A stretch of DNA of 64,000 bases from Candidatus Latescibacterota bacterium (GCA_963791045.1 CAWBQK010000007.1:160001-224000); one strand, 5' to 3'; positions 8,980-21,438 are shown, numbered from the stretch's first letter. Translations and numbers: made by a program. The notes: generated by a model from the sequence alone, not told the origin.

Positions 8980-10549
8980 ACACATCCCGGCCATCGGGCG
9001 TGTAATTCTACTTTTGCTCGCGTCATCGATGGCTCTTTTCTCGGGCGATGCCCTCGCCGACCGTATCGGTCAGGAATTCATTCCACCACAACACTGGGGT
9101 TACAAAGCCATCGATCGCTTCGAGGCGCTCGGGTTTGTTCGTCTCCCATCGGAGGGCGTATTTACCCGCGGCGACTTTATAGGTTTTGTCGAAACGATAG
9201 AGAAAAATGTCGAGGCGGCGGAAGTTGAACTTGCCGGGCGCGACCGTTTCAACCTTGATCGTCTCCGAAGCGAATTCACGGACGACAAACAGCTCGAAGA
9301 CCCCAAGAGTCGTTTTGATCCTCCCGCCCTCTTTTTTCACGAGAAACCTTTGTACTTCGAAGCGGATGCCGATTTGTCGCTCATGCCCATGAAGCCGCGG
9401 TTCGACGATCGCTGGTGGGTTTTTGGCGGCTCCAACCTGAGCGCCAGGCTTCATTTCGGCAAGTGGGTCACCTACGATGTGAACTATCGGCTGCTGTATG
9501 GTCCGGAGCGAGACGACTGGGAGCACAAGAACAAGCCGACACCCCGGACCCGGAGCTGGAATGGGCTGACCGCGCTTTATGAACGCGCAAATCTCGTTTT
9601 CGGGTGGAAGTCGCTGGTGCTCTTCTGGGGGCGCGATTACGCCGATTGGGGGCCGAACGACACGGGAAATCTGCTGGTGTCGAATACCGCCGGCAGTCTC
9701 GATAAAATAGGCGGTAGGGTCGGTTTCAAAAGCGTTCGTTTGAGCTTCCTCCACGGACAGCTCTCGACGATAGACCCGCGGCGGACGTTTTCGGCGCACC
9801 GGCTCGAATTCGATGTCTGGAAGCTCACGGTTGGTTTTGCCGAGACGGCTCTCTATACCGAACGCGGGATTGACCCGGTGTATCTGTTGCCCCTTAGCGC
9901 ATTTTACTCGAACCAGTACAACGAACGCGGAGACGACAATATTTTGTGGTCGGCCGACATACAGTACAGAATGCGCGCGGGAGTGGTTCTGTATGGAGGG
10001 CTGCTGATCGACGATTTCCAGTTCGAACGGGACGGAACGGCACCGGACAAGCTCGGGTTCGATCTCGGCGGGCGCTTCGCACTCGCCGGCCCCGTCCCCG
10101 TGACGATCAACCTTCGCTACCGTTACGTGGATATTTATACTTACACCCACCGGGATTCACTCAAATACCATGTGACCGGCGCCGGCGACCCGCTCGCGGG
10201 CAATCTTCCCCTTGGCGTCATCCAGGGGCCGGATACCGATTTTCTGAAACTCGCGGCGGATTTCTATCCGTGGCCGAGCGTAACGACGACCGGGTATGTG
10301 TCCAATCTCCGTCGCGGCGAGGGCGACGACTGGCGCCCGCACGACCGCACTCTCGACCCGTCACCACCCTTCCCATCGGGTGTCGTCGAACGGACGTTTT
10401 CGTTCGGGTTGGCGGTTGAGTGGGAACTTCGGGGCAATTCCCGGTTGGGGATGGAGATCAACCACTCTTTGATGTGGAACAGTAACCACGAGTCGGGGAA
10501 TGACATCGACAGCACCGGTTTCCGCGCCTACGCCACGTGGGATCTCTGA
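8903..10549 (+). CDS. capsule-assembly Wzi-family outer-membrane barrel protein (start uncertain)
   Basis: Signal-like VILLLLASSMALFSGDALA, HWGYKAIDRF, WGRDYADWGP, SAHRLE, DDNILWSAD and YGGLLIDDF; ends in an aromatic beta-strand. Confidence 0.7.
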   Translation: MTRRKRTIEQLISSSRNAIAGATCRRHIPAIGRVILLLLASSMALFSGDALADRIGQEFIPPQHWGYKAIDRFEALGFVRLPSEGVFTRGDFIGFVETIEKNVEAAEVELAGRDRFNLDRLRSEFTDDKQLEDPKSRFDPPALFFHEKPLYFEADADLSLMPMKPRFDDRWWVFGGSNLSARLHFGKWVTYDVNYRLLYGPERDDWEHKNKPTPRTRSWNGLTALYERANLVFGWKSLVLFWGRDYADWGPNDTGNLLVSNTAGSLDKIGGRVGFKSVRLSFLHGQLSTIDPRRTFSAHRLEFDVWKLTVGFAETALYTERGIDPVYLLPLSAFYSNQYNERGDDNILWSADIQYRMRAGVVLYGGLLIDDFQFERDGTAPDKLGFDLGGRFALAGPVPVTINLRYRYVDIYTYTHRDSLKYHVTGAGDPLAGNLPLGVIQGPDTDFLKLAADFYPWPSVTTTGYVSNLRRGEGDDWRPHDRTLDPSPPFPSGVVERTFSFGLAVEWELRGNSRLGMEINHSLMWNSNHESGNDIDSTGFRAYATWDL

Positions 10550-10560
10550 TCGGGGACAAA

Positions 10561-11400
10561 GTGTTCAAACGGCTTCTTGCAACCATCGAAATTGCACGAC
10601 CCCACAACATGGTTGCCACCGCGGGGTGCGTGTTGTCCGCCTTTTATTTGACGGGTGGAAGTAATACCGAGTTGATACTCGTCTCCGCGATCGTGACTGC
10701 TCTGGTCACCGGTCTTGGCAACCTGGTGAACGACTTCTTCGATGCCGATATCGATGGGATCAACAAACCCCGCCGCCCGATACCCTCGGGCCGGCTGTCC
10801 CGGGCGTATGTGTTCCGGTTGTATGCGGCGGGAACCGCGCTTCTCACCCTCTTTATCGTTTTTTTCCTTCCCGTGCCCGTGATGTCGTTGATGCTGATCT
10901 GGGAAGTCTTGCTGTTTTATTATGCGGCGAGCGCGAAACGTGTTGCGCTTTTGGGCAACCTCATTGTCGCCGGCGTATGCGCCAGCGCCTTCGTGATTGG
11001 AGCGATGGCGACGGGCGCGTACATCGATGTTTTGTTTCCGGCGTGTGTCGCTTTTACTCTCGTTTTAGGCAGGGAACTCGTCAAGGGCGCGGAGGATGTT
11101 GAGGGTGACATGTCCGTTGGGGCGAGAGACACTGGCGATCCGTTTCGGAGGCGCGCGCGTCGCGCTTTGGAGCGCCATGCTCCTGTCGCTGTGCGCGGTC
11201 GTCTTGCCGCTCCCCGGTCTTCTTCGGTGTATGGACGGTTGTACACCGTACTCGCCCTCCTCCTCGTGGTCCCGGGACTTCTCAGCGCTGCTTACCTGGT
11301 TCTGAAGTACCCTGGGAAAGCAATGTTCAACCGGGCGAGCTGGATTCTCAAGTTCGATATGCTCGTTGGGATCGTCGTTTTCGGGCTGGGGCGTGTCTAG
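10561..11400 (+). CDS. UbiA-family prenyltransferase, DGGGP-synthase-like (contains a compensating frameshift pair)
   Basis: RPHN, NDFFDADIDGINKPRRPIPSG and RELVKGAEDVEGD motifs; multiple TM helices. Confidence 0.82.
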   Translation: MFKRLLATIEIARPHNMVATAGCVLSAFYLTGGSNTELILVSAIVTALVTGLGNLVNDFFDADIDGINKPRRPIPSGRLSRAYVFRLYAAGTALLTLFIVFFLPVPVMSLMLIWEVLLFYYAASAKRVALLGNLIVAGVCASAFVIGAMATGAYIDVLFPACVAFTLVLGRELVKGAEDVEGDMSVGARDTGDPFRRRARRALERHAPVAVRGRLAAPRSSSVYGRLYTVLALLLVVPGLLSAAYLVLKYPGKAMFNRASWILKFDMLVGIVVFGLGRV

Positions 11401-11447
11401 CCCCGCACGATGTGCCGCTTTGTGCCGTTGTAACGGACGATCTCCCG

Positions 11448-11476
11448 TTGACCCCTCGAAAAGGTGATGGTACCCT
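11448..11476 (+). promoter_or_regulatory. putative sigma70 promoter of valS
   Basis: TTGACC-17 nt-TACCCT with a TG extended -10. Confidence 0.45.
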
Positions 11477-11564
11477 CTCATGTTTGGGACGAAAAACGCG
11501 GCTGGGAAGGCCGGAAAACTCCCCTCGCAAAGACTTGCCACAACTTAGACCCGGATCGGTGAAC

Positions 11565-14261
11565 ATGGCTCTCGACCGTTTGTTCGATTTCAAAAAAGCT
11601 CAGGCGAAGTGGAACCAGGCCTGGGATGAGTCGGGTGCGTTCACACCCGAGGCGGATCCCGAGCGGGAGTCGTTTGTCATCACGCTGCCGCCGCCGAATG
11701 TGACCGGGATTCTCCATGTTGGCCATGTGCTCGGGGACAGCGTTCAGGATCTGCTCGTTCGCTGGAAACGGATGTGCGGATTCAATGCGTTGTATGTGCC
11801 CGGGACCGATCACGCGGGTATCGCCACCCAGAACGTCGTCGAGAAAGACCTCAGAAAACGAGGGATCGAACGCAAGGATCTGTCGAGGGATGAGTTCCTC
11901 GAACACGCCTGGGAATGGAAAGACAAACATCACAAGCACATTGTCGAACAGATGAAGAACCTCGGGTGCTCGCTCGATTGGTCGCGCGAAGCGTTCACGC
12001 TCGATGAGAAGAGAAGCCGCGCCGTGCGCGACGTTTTTGTCCGTTTGCACGAGAAGGGCCTGATCTACCGAGGCAACTACATCGTCAATTGGTGCCCAAA
12101 GTGTGGGACGGCGATTTCGGACGAAGAGGTCAAGTACCAGGAAAAGAACGCCCAGTTGTATTGGATAAAATATCCGCTCTCCGACGGCGGGGAAGTGGTT
12201 GTCGCGACAACGCGCCCGGAAACGATGCTTGGGGATACGGCGGTGGCGGTCAATCCCGACGACGAAGCCAAAAAAGGGCTCATCGGCAAGAAGGCGATCC
12301 TTCCGATCGTCGGACGCGAGCTGCCGATAATCGCAGATGCCGTTGTCGATCCCGAGTTTGGATCGGGCTTTGTGAAGGTTACGCCCGCGCACGATCCCAA
12401 TGATTTCGAGATGGGACAGCGTCACGACCTGCCGCATATCGTCGTAATCGATCGCGCGGCCAGGATGACCGAAGCGGCGGGGAGCGAATTCGCCGGGCTC
12501 GAACGGCTCGAGTGCCGCAAGAAGCTCCTCGAAATGCTCAGTGCCGGGGGGCAGCTGGACAAGGTCGAACCATACGTGCATTCGGTCGGCGAACACGACC
12601 GCTGCGGCACTGTGATCGAACCGCTTCTCTCGCGCGAGTGGTTTGTCAAGATGGAGCCGCTGGCAAAACCGGCCATCGACGTCGTTGAAAAACGCGAGAT
12701 CGAATTCTACCCGCCGCGGTGGCGGAATGTTTACCTCAGCTGGATGTACAACATCAGGGATTGGTGTATTTCCCGGCAGCTGTGGTGGGGCCATCGAATA
12801 CCGGTCTGGTATTGTCCGAACGGGCACATGACCGTGTCGCGGGAGGATCCGACGCAGTGCGCAACATGCGGTTCAGGCGGGCTCGAACAGGACGAAAATG
12901 TTCTCGACACATGGTTCTCCTCGTGGCTGTGGACGTTTTCGCCGCTCGGATGGCCCGACAAGACAAAGGACCTGGAGGCGTTTCACCCCACCAACGTCCT
13001 CGTTACCGGGTCGGAAATCATTTTCTTCTGGGTGGCGCGGATGATCATGGCCTCGATCGAATTTCTTGGTGAAATCCCGTTCAGCGACGTCTTTCTTACG
13101 GGAATCGTCCGGGACGCCAAGGGCCGCAAGATGAGCAAGTCGCTGGGCAACTCCCCCGATCCGCTCGATATCATCGACCGCTTCGGAACGGACGCGCTCC
13201 GGTTTACGCTGGTGATGCTTTCACCCCCGGGACGCGATGTCTTTTTTGCCGAGGAGAAACTCGAGACCGGCCGCAACTTCTTGAACAAACTCTGGCAGGC
13301 CTCACGTTTGATTCTTGGTGCGTACGAAAAAGAGGGCGTGGACCTGTTCGCCGATGAAGCCGATACCGGGGATCGGTTTTCCGCCGCGTGGGCGGATGTG
13401 TACGCTCGGCGCTTAGGGTTCGAACCCGAGTTTTCGTGGGAGGACCGGTGGATTCTGGGCGCGCTCGACCGTTGTGTCCGCGATGTTGACGAAAAGCTCA
13501 ACGGGTGGCGGCTCAACGAGGCGGCGGCGCGAATATATGATTTCTTCTGGAATGAATTCTGTGATTGGTATCTCGAGCTTGCCAAGATACGATTGTACGG
13601 TGACGGCGATAAGCGAACGGTCCTCTCGGTTTTGCTATACACACTCGGGGAGTCGGTTCGGATGCTGCATCCGTTTGTTCCCTATGTGACCGAGGAACTC
13701 TGGGCGGAACTTCCGATGAGTGATGGACTGGTGATGACGGCGCCGTACCCGGTGCCAAACGACGGGTTGACCGATGACGAGGCGATGACCCGGATGGAGC
13801 TTTTCAAGGGGCTCGTCACGTCCGCGCGAAATATCCGGGCGCAGTTCGGTGTGGCCCCGTCCGCCTCAATCGAGTTGAGGATAAAGACGCCGCGTGACGG
13901 CGCGGAGTCGATTGAGAGTTTTTCGGATGGTTTGAAGCAGCTGGTTCGTGTGGACCAACTGGTTTTCGGGCCCGATTTGAAGAAGGAAAAGGGAAGCGCC
14001 AGTTCGCCGGTCGGCGCCTGCGAGGTAATTATACCCCTCGCCGGTGTGGCGGACATCGAAGGCGAGATCGCCCGCCTGACAAAAGAGAAGAAGAAAATCG
14101 AAGGCGAACTGGGCGGTGTCGCCAAAAAGCTTTCGAACGAAAACTTCCTGGCCAAGGCGCGGGAAGACGTCGTCCAGAAGGCACGTGACAAAAAGGAGAT
14201 TCTCGAAAACGAGCTCTCCAAGATAGATGAGTCCCTGAACATTATTAGCGAGGAACTGTGA
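11565..14261 (+). CDS. valS: valine--tRNA ligase
   Basis: PPPNVTG, HVGH, DWCISRQLWWGH, KMSKS and a C-terminal coiled coil. Confidence 0.97.
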   Translation: MALDRLFDFKKAQAKWNQAWDESGAFTPEADPERESFVITLPPPNVTGILHVGHVLGDSVQDLLVRWKRMCGFNALYVPGTDHAGIATQNVVEKDLRKRGIERKDLSRDEFLEHAWEWKDKHHKHIVEQMKNLGCSLDWSREAFTLDEKRSRAVRDVFVRLHEKGLIYRGNYIVNWCPKCGTAISDEEVKYQEKNAQLYWIKYPLSDGGEVVVATTRPETMLGDTAVAVNPDDEAKKGLIGKKAILPIVGRELPIIADAVVDPEFGSGFVKVTPAHDPNDFEMGQRHDLPHIVVIDRAARMTEAAGSEFAGLERLECRKKLLEMLSAGGQLDKVEPYVHSVGEHDRCGTVIEPLLSREWFVKMEPLAKPAIDVVEKREIEFYPPRWRNVYLSWMYNIRDWCISRQLWWGHRIPVWYCPNGHMTVSREDPTQCATCGSGGLEQDENVLDTWFSSWLWTFSPLGWPDKTKDLEAFHPTNVLVTGSEIIFFWVARMIMASIEFLGEIPFSDVFLTGIVRDAKGRKMSKSLGNSPDPLDIIDRFGTDALRFTLVMLSPPGRDVFFAEEKLETGRNFLNKLWQASRLILGAYEKEGVDLFADEADTGDRFSAAWADVYARRLGFEPEFSWEDRWILGALDRCVRDVDEKLNGWRLNEAAARIYDFFWNEFCDWYLELAKIRLYGDGDKRTVLSVLLYTLGESVRMLHPFVPYVTEELWAELPMSDGLVMTAPYPVPNDGLTDDEAMTRMELFKGLVTSARNIRAQFGVAPSASIELRIKTPRDGAESIESFSDGLKQLVRVDQLVFGPDLKKEKGSASSPVGACEVIIPLAGVADIEGEIARLTKEKKKIEGELGGVAKKLSNENFLAKAREDVVQKARDKKEILENELSKIDESLNIISEEL

Positions 14262-14746
14262 GTCCAGAAGAGAAAGAAACGGGTTTTGCAAATTCGGTCG
14301 GCGAGCTGTTTCGTAACAAGCGCGAGTCGAAGAAGCTCTCTTTGAACGAGGCCCATCAGGATACGCGGATGTCGATCAATGTCCTGAGGGCGATCGAAAA
14401 CGATGACTTCGGATCCTTCGAGAGTGAAATATATCTCAAGGGGTTTATAAAGAACTACGCGAGTTACCTCGAAATCGATCCCGAATTCTCGTTGCAGGTT
14501 CTTGACGGTCAGAGGGGAGACAAGAAGTCCTCCCGCGGAACCACCTGGGACATCGAGGAGACGGTCAAAGAGGAAAAGATCAAGTCGCCGCAGATCATGA
14601 GTCGTTTTGTCGTGCCCGCACTCGTCATAATCATCCTTGTTCTCGCCGTCCTTTTTATGATGGAGCGCCGCAAAGTAAAAGAACTTCAAAGCAATCTCCA
14701 CAGGGTCGGAACTACGATCCACACGATCGAGTCGGGCTCCGCGTAG
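14258..14746 (+). CDS. RodZ-like HTH protein with one TM helix (short form)
   Basis: LRAIENDDF...[16 protein letters not shown] signature followed by a TM helix; GTGA overlap with valS. Confidence 0.75.
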   Translation: MSPEEKETGFANSVGELFRNKRESKKLSLNEAHQDTRMSINVLRAIENDDFGSFESEIYLKGFIKNYASYLEIDPEFSLQVLDGQRGDKKSSRGTTWDIEETVKEEKIKSPQIMSRFVVPALVIIILVLAVLFMMERRKVKELQSNLHRVGTTIHTIESGSA

Positions 14747-14750
14747 TCCC

Positions 14751-16781
14751 ATGGACCGGTTTGTTCTCCAATCCAATTACTCTCCCACCGGCGATCAGCC
14801 GGAGGCCATTCGCAAGCTCGTCGAAGGGGTGCGCGGCGGCGCAACCGAGCAGGTTCTTCTCGGCGTGACGGGTTCGGGCAAGACCTTTACGATGGCCAAC
14901 GCGATTGCCGAGCTCAACATTCCCACGCTGGTGATTTCGCACAACAAGACCCTCGCCGCGCAGCTCTACGGTGAATTCCGCGGCTACTTTCCGGAGAACG
15001 CCGTCGAATATTTTGTCAGCTATTACGATTACTACCAACCGGAAGCGTTCATTCCGAGCACCAATACCTATATCGAAAAAGACGCGTCCATAAATGACGA
15101 CATCGATCGGCTGAGGCTGCGCGCTGCGAGCGCGCTCATGACCCGCAAAGATGTGATCGTTGTGGCGAGTGTGTCGTGTATCTACGGGTTGGGTTCCCCG
15201 GAAGCCTTTCGCCAGATGATGGTCGCGCTCAATGTCGGGGATACGGTCGACCGCGATGAACTTTTGAAACGGCTCATCGAGATACAGTACTCGCGAAATG
15301 ACGTCGCGTTTACCCGAGGGACCTTTCGAGTGCGCGGCGACATGGTCGAAATCCGGCCGGCCTACGAGGAAGAGGCTTTTCGGATTGAACTGTTTGGCGA
15401 CGAAGTCGAGGCCTTGTCGGTGACCGACCCGTTGACGGGAAGAGTCATCAGGACGACCGACTCGATGACGATTTACCCCGCCCGGCATTTTGTAACACCC
15501 GAACCGGTATTAAAGAAAGCGGTAAAGGGCATTCGCACCGAACTGGCAAAGCGTCTCGACGAACTCCGCCCGGCGAACAAACTCGTGGAGGCGCAGCGGC
15601 TCGAGTCGCGAACCCTCTATGATCTCGAAATGATCCAGGAAATGGGGTACTGCACCGGAATCGAGAACTACTCGAGACACCTGTCGGGAAGAAAGCCGGG
15701 GGATCGGCCGCTGACACTGATCGACTATTTTCCGCGTCCTTTCTTGACGATAATAGACGAGTCACACGTCACCATTCCTCAGCTCAACGGTATGTACAAC
15801 GGGGATCGGTCGCGGAAGATGACGCTGGTTGAACACGGCTTTCGACTGCCGTCGGCACTCGACAACCGCCCGCTTCGGTTTGAAGAATTTTCGAAGCTCG
15901 TAGATTCGCGTGTGTTTGTCAGCGCGACGCCAGGCGATTTTGAGCTCTCGACAACGGCGGGCGAAGTGGTCGAACAACTCATTCGCCCGACGGGGCTTGT
16001 CGATCCCGAAATAATCGTTCGTCCGGCGCGCGATCAGGTAGACGATCTTGTTGGTGAAATCAATAAACGGGTCGCCGGCAAACAACGCGTTCTCGTCACG
16101 ACATTGACGAAACGGATGTCCGAGGAACTCACCGATTACCTCGCCTCGCTCGATATCCGTGTTCGCTATCTTCATTCGGACATCGATGCCCTGGCGCGTG
16201 TCGAGATTCTCCGCGATCTGCGTCTCGGCGAGTTTGATGTCCTCGTGGGGATCAACTTGCTGCGTGAGGGGCTCGATCTTCCCGAGGTCTCCCTCGTCGC
16301 CGTCTGCGACGCCGACAAAGAGGGATTCTTGAGAAGCGAGACGAGCCTGATACAGACCTCCGGGCGCGCGGCCCGCCACGTGTCGGGACAGGTCATCTTC
16401 TATGCGGATGACACGACCAAATCGATGCGCCGCGCGATCGATGAAACCAACCGCCGCCGCGAGCTTCAGATGGCTTATAATGAAGAACACGGGATCATAC
16501 CGAAGGGTATCGTCAAGACGCTGGACGAGGTTCGTTTGAGTACGTCGGTTGCGGACGTCAGACGAACAGAAGGCGCCGATATCGTTTTCGACGGGGACCT
16601 GCCCACCGAAGATGTCGCGCGGATGCTCGAGGAAGAAATGATCCGCGAGGCGCGGGCGCTCAATTTTGAGAAAGCGGCCAGTCTGAGAGATCGGCTCGAG
16701 GAAGTGCGAATCCAAATGGCCATGAAGAAACAAGGTTACACGGTCAAACATCCCAGGAAAGGTCGCGGGAAAAAGCGATAG
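14751..16781 (+). CDS. uvrB: excinuclease ABC subunit B
   Basis: [38 protein letters not shown] and a C-terminal UVR domain. Confidence 0.98.
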   Translation: MDRFVLQSNYSPTGDQPEAIRKLVEGVRGGATEQVLLGVTGSGKTFTMANAIAELNIPTLVISHNKTLAAQLYGEFRGYFPENAVEYFVSYYDYYQPEAFIPSTNTYIEKDASINDDIDRLRLRAASALMTRKDVIVVASVSCIYGLGSPEAFRQMMVALNVGDTVDRDELLKRLIEIQYSRNDVAFTRGTFRVRGDMVEIRPAYEEEAFRIELFGDEVEALSVTDPLTGRVIRTTDSMTIYPARHFVTPEPVLKKAVKGIRTELAKRLDELRPANKLVEAQRLESRTLYDLEMIQEMGYCTGIENYSRHLSGRKPGDRPLTLIDYFPRPFLTIIDESHVTIPQLNGMYNGDRSRKMTLVEHGFRLPSALDNRPLRFEEFSKLVDSRVFVSATPGDFELSTTAGEVVEQLIRPTGLVDPEIIVRPARDQVDDLVGEINKRVAGKQRVLVTTLTKRMSEELTDYLASLDIRVRYLHSDIDALARVEILRDLRLGEFDVLVGINLLREGLDLPEVSLVAVCDADKEGFLRSETSLIQTSGRAARHVSGQVIFYADDTTKSMRRAIDETNRRRELQMAYNEEHGIIPKGIVKTLDEVRLSTSVADVRRTEGADIVFDGDLPTEDVARMLEEEMIREARALNFEKAASLRDRLEEVRIQMAMKKQGYTVKHPRKGRGKKR

Positions 16782-16879
16782 GAGGCGGCCGGCAGCCGAA
16801 GTTCCCTTATTTGGGGGTGGTGACGGCAAATCGGGAAATCCGAAGTGGGACAATCGGGACACTAACGAGAGACCATACG

Positions 16880-17746
16880 ATGATCGATAAAAAAGAAATT
16901 CGCGAGCTGGTGGCGGCGGCGCTCGCCGAAGATGACGCCAACGCCGACGGGACCACCGCATATCTCGAAGTCGCCGACAAACCGTTGGCCGCCAGAATAG
17001 AGGCGCGTGCGGGGGGCGTAATCGCGGGGCTGGAAGTTGCCCGAACGGCATTTGAACTTCTGGATCCGGATGCGGTCTTCACCGCCGAGGTCTCGGACGG
17101 AGATCGCGTCGGCGCCGGCAAGCTCGTTGCGTCGATAAGCGGGCGAGCCGGAGCGATCCTCGGCGCGGAACGGGTGGCGCTCAATTTTCTCCAGCGGCTC
17201 TCGGGTGTCGCCACGTTGACCGCGGCGTACGTCGCTGCCGTTGCACAGACGCGGGCCCGGGTTCTGGACACGCGTAAGACTACTCCGTTGTTGCGTAAGC
17301 TCGAAAAGTACGCGGTTAAAACCGGTGGGGGAGAGAACCATCGATTCAGTCTGAGCGATATGTTGCTTGTGAAAGAAAACCATTTTCGAGCCGTCGGCGG
17401 GGCGAGGAAATTTCTCGAAATCATCGGCGCGACAAAACCTCCGCTCGAAATAGAGGTCGAGGTGGATTCGATCGATTTCCTCATCGAACTTCTCGGCGCG
17501 CCGGTTGACCGAATAATGCTCGACAACTTTACACCTGAGGAGGTCGCACGCGCCGTGTCGATAGTTGCCGGGTTCCGCCAGAAAAACCCGGCGTTCCAAC
17601 CGGCGATAGAAGTGTCGGGTGGAATTACTCTCGAGTCGATCAGGGACTACGCGGTCAAGGGCGTCGATTATATTTCGGTCGGCGCGTTGACGCACTCGGT
17701 GCCGGCGCTCGATTTGAGTCTGGAGGTCGATTGCGATGCCGGCTAA
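16880..17746 (+). CDS. nadC: nicotinate-nucleotide diphosphorylase (quinolinate phosphoribosyltransferase)
   Basis: ERVALNFLQRLSG, DTRKTTP, NHRF, IMLDNF, EVSGG and ISVGALTHS. Confidence 0.95.
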   Translation: MIDKKEIRELVAAALAEDDANADGTTAYLEVADKPLAARIEARAGGVIAGLEVARTAFELLDPDAVFTAEVSDGDRVGAGKLVASISGRAGAILGAERVALNFLQRLSGVATLTAAYVAAVAQTRARVLDTRKTTPLLRKLEKYAVKTGGGENHRFSLSDMLLVKENHFRAVGGARKFLEIIGATKPPLEIEVEVDSIDFLIELLGAPVDRIMLDNFTPEEVARAVSIVAGFRQKNPAFQPAIEVSGGITLESIRDYAVKGVDYISVGALTHSVPALDLSLEVDCDAG

Positions 17747-18536
17747 CGACAGTGTTCTGCCGGGCGATATCAAGGCGTTGTTGTCGACGCGGGCGGTTGG
17801 AAAGCGAATTTATTACATGCCCGAGGTGGACTCGACGAACCGTGCGGCCGTTGAGCTCGCCAATTCGGGAGAGGCCCACGGGTCGATGGTGATTTCTGAT
17901 TTCCAGACCCGGGGGCGCGGCCGTTTTGACAGGTCATGGTTGAGCGATCGCGGCAAAAACTTGATGTTTTCGCTGATTCTACGGCCCGACATGCCGTTTG
18001 CCGCCATGCTCCCGGTGACCCTCGCCTTCGCCGCGTCTATCGGCCAGACTCTCGAAAACCTCCTGGGCACCGAGGTCGGCGTGAAATGGCCAAACGATGT
18101 GGTGGTCGACGGCAGGAAGATCTGCGGGATCCTGTCCGTGGGCACCAGCGAGGGCGACCGGACGCGGTTTATTGTCGTGGGCATGGGAATCAACGTGAAT
18201 GTCGAGCCTCACGAGTTTCCGGAGGAGATTCGGGGTCTCGCATGCTCGTGCGCTTCGGTGGCCGGCCGGCATTTTGACAGAAAGGATGTGCTTGTTCGTG
18301 TCCTTGCGTCGCTCGAAAGCACCTACGACGAATTTGTCCGGGATGGGTTTGAGGCGATGGCGGCGAGATTCAAATCCAAACTGGCGCTCCTCGACAAACC
18401 CGTAGTATATCGCGCACGGGGTGTCGAGTCGCGAGGGACTGTGGTGGATGTTGGTTCGGACGGTGGACTCGTCGTCGAAAAAGACGATGGCGGGCGGGTC
18501 GTTCTCTACGACCAGGATGTGTCACTCGGATCGTAA
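17736..18536 (+). CDS. birA: biotin--[acetyl-CoA-carboxylase] ligase (no HTH)
   Basis: DSTN, QTRGRGR, KWPND, KICGIL and GMGINV. Confidence 0.93.
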   Translation: MPANDSVLPGDIKALLSTRAVGKRIYYMPEVDSTNRAAVELANSGEAHGSMVISDFQTRGRGRFDRSWLSDRGKNLMFSLILRPDMPFAAMLPVTLAFAASIGQTLENLLGTEVGVKWPNDVVVDGRKICGILSVGTSEGDRTRFIVVGMGINVNVEPHEFPEEIRGLACSCASVAGRHFDRKDVLVRVLASLESTYDEFVRDGFEAMAARFKSKLALLDKPVVYRARGVESRGTVVDVGSDGGLVVEKDDGGRVVLYDQDVSLGS

Positions 18537-18551
18537 AAGACGGGAAAACCA

Positions 18552-19313
18552 ATGATTCTTGGAGTCGACGCGGGAAACAGCCGGATAAAGATCGCGGTGA
18601 TCGGTTCGAGGGAGATCCGGAGACTGATCGACGTGCCGACAAAGCAGTTCGTCGAGCGCGAGGAGCGATTTCGCCGTCTATTCGCGGATCTCGCCCCGGA
18701 GATCGGCGAAGTGAGCGGGGCGGCGGTGTCGTCGGTGGTTCCCTCGTTGAACAAACCCCTCAACAAGGCGATTCGCGAGGCGTTGGGTGTGAGCGTGTTG
18801 ACAATTGACGCGGGTTGCCGGTATCCGTTTCGCGTCGCGGTAAAAGACCCGGGGAAGGTTGGCGTGGACAGGCTCTCGGCGGCCGCCGGACTCCACAAGC
18901 GGACGTCGAATGCAGTGATCGTCGATGTCGGATCGGCGATCACGGTCGACCTGATCCGCGAGCGGGTATTCGCGGGTGGGCTCATAATGCCCGGGCCGGC
19001 ACTTGGACTCAGCGCGCTTGGTACTTACGCGCGAAAACTCCCTGAAATCGACTATACATCGATATCAAAGCATTTTCCCGCGACCTTCAATGATACCCAC
19101 CCCTCGATGATCCTCGGAGCGCATATCGGGGCCGTAGGCGCCGTCAGGGAAGCGGTCCGATTTCTCACCCAGAAGACTCGCCGGCGGCCCGCAACGATGG
19201 TGGCCGGTGGCGGTGCGGCGGTGCTGGCCGGACACTGGCCGTCGAGCTGGCGTTATGACCCCGATCTCGTCCTCCGCGGTATCCGCCGGATCTGGGTTCT
19301 CAACCGCGGTTGA
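18552..19313 (+). CDS. coaX: type III pantothenate kinase
   Basis: DAGNSRIK, SSVVP, GVDR, VDVGSAITVD and GGLIMPG. Confidence 0.93.
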   Translation: MILGVDAGNSRIKIAVIGSREIRRLIDVPTKQFVEREERFRRLFADLAPEIGEVSGAAVSSVVPSLNKPLNKAIREALGVSVLTIDAGCRYPFRVAVKDPGKVGVDRLSAAAGLHKRTSNAVIVDVGSAITVDLIRERVFAGGLIMPGPALGLSALGTYARKLPEIDYTSISKHFPATFNDTHPSMILGAHIGAVGAVREAVRFLTQKTRRRPATMVAGGGAAVLAGHWPSSWRYDPDLVLRGIRRIWVLNRG

Positions 19314-19362
19314 GGGAATCCGCCGAAACCTTCCAAGAATTGCAAATAATTACGTTTTTCTC

Positions 19363-19391
19363 TTGAAACGACTATGCGACGGGTGTATATT
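19363..19391 (+). promoter_or_regulatory. sigma70 promoter of groESL
   Basis: TTGAAA-17 nt-TATATT directly upstream of CIRCE. Confidence 0.7.
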
Positions 19392-19400
19392 TATGCCGTC

Positions 19401-19427
19401 TTAGCAGTCACACCTGTAGAGTGCTAA
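19401..19427 (+). promoter_or_regulatory. CIRCE element (HrcA operator)
   Basis: TTAGCAGTC-N9-GAGTGCTAA, one mismatch from TTAGCACTC-N9-GAGTGCTAA, upstream of groES. Confidence 0.92.
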
Positions 19428-19474
19428 TCATCAACAAACAGTTCATACTATGATCTTTGAGAGGAGGTAACTTC

Positions 19475-19759
19475 ATGAAGATCAACCCACTAGCTGATCG
19501 CGTTCTGGTAAAGCCCATGGACGTGACCGAGACCGTAAAGGGTGGAATCATCATTCCCGATACCGCAAAGGAGAAGCCGCAGGAAGGCGAAGTGATCGCG
19601 GTTGGGAAGGGTCGGCTCAACGAAAAAGGTGAGCGGGTCACCCCAGAGGTAAAAAAGGGAGACAAGGTTCTTTTCAGGAAATACTCGGGTACCGAGATCA
19701 ACATCGATGCCGAGAAATATCTGATCCTTCAGGAAAATGAAATTCTCGCGACATTGTAA
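19475..19759 (+). CDS. groES: co-chaperonin GroES
   Basis: [33 protein letters not shown]. Confidence 0.98.
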   Translation: MKINPLADRVLVKPMDVTETVKGGIIIPDTAKEKPQEGEVIAVGKGRLNEKGERVTPEVKKGDKVLFRKYSGTEINIDAEKYLILQENEILATL

Positions 19760-19788
19760 TTTGGATAAAGAAACTATCGGAGGATTGA

Positions 19789-21438
<1,650 letters not shown>

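Noticed and set aside
11401-11564. T-box leader before valS
   Set aside because: The leader is too short after the putative promoter, and there is no T-box consensus or terminator.
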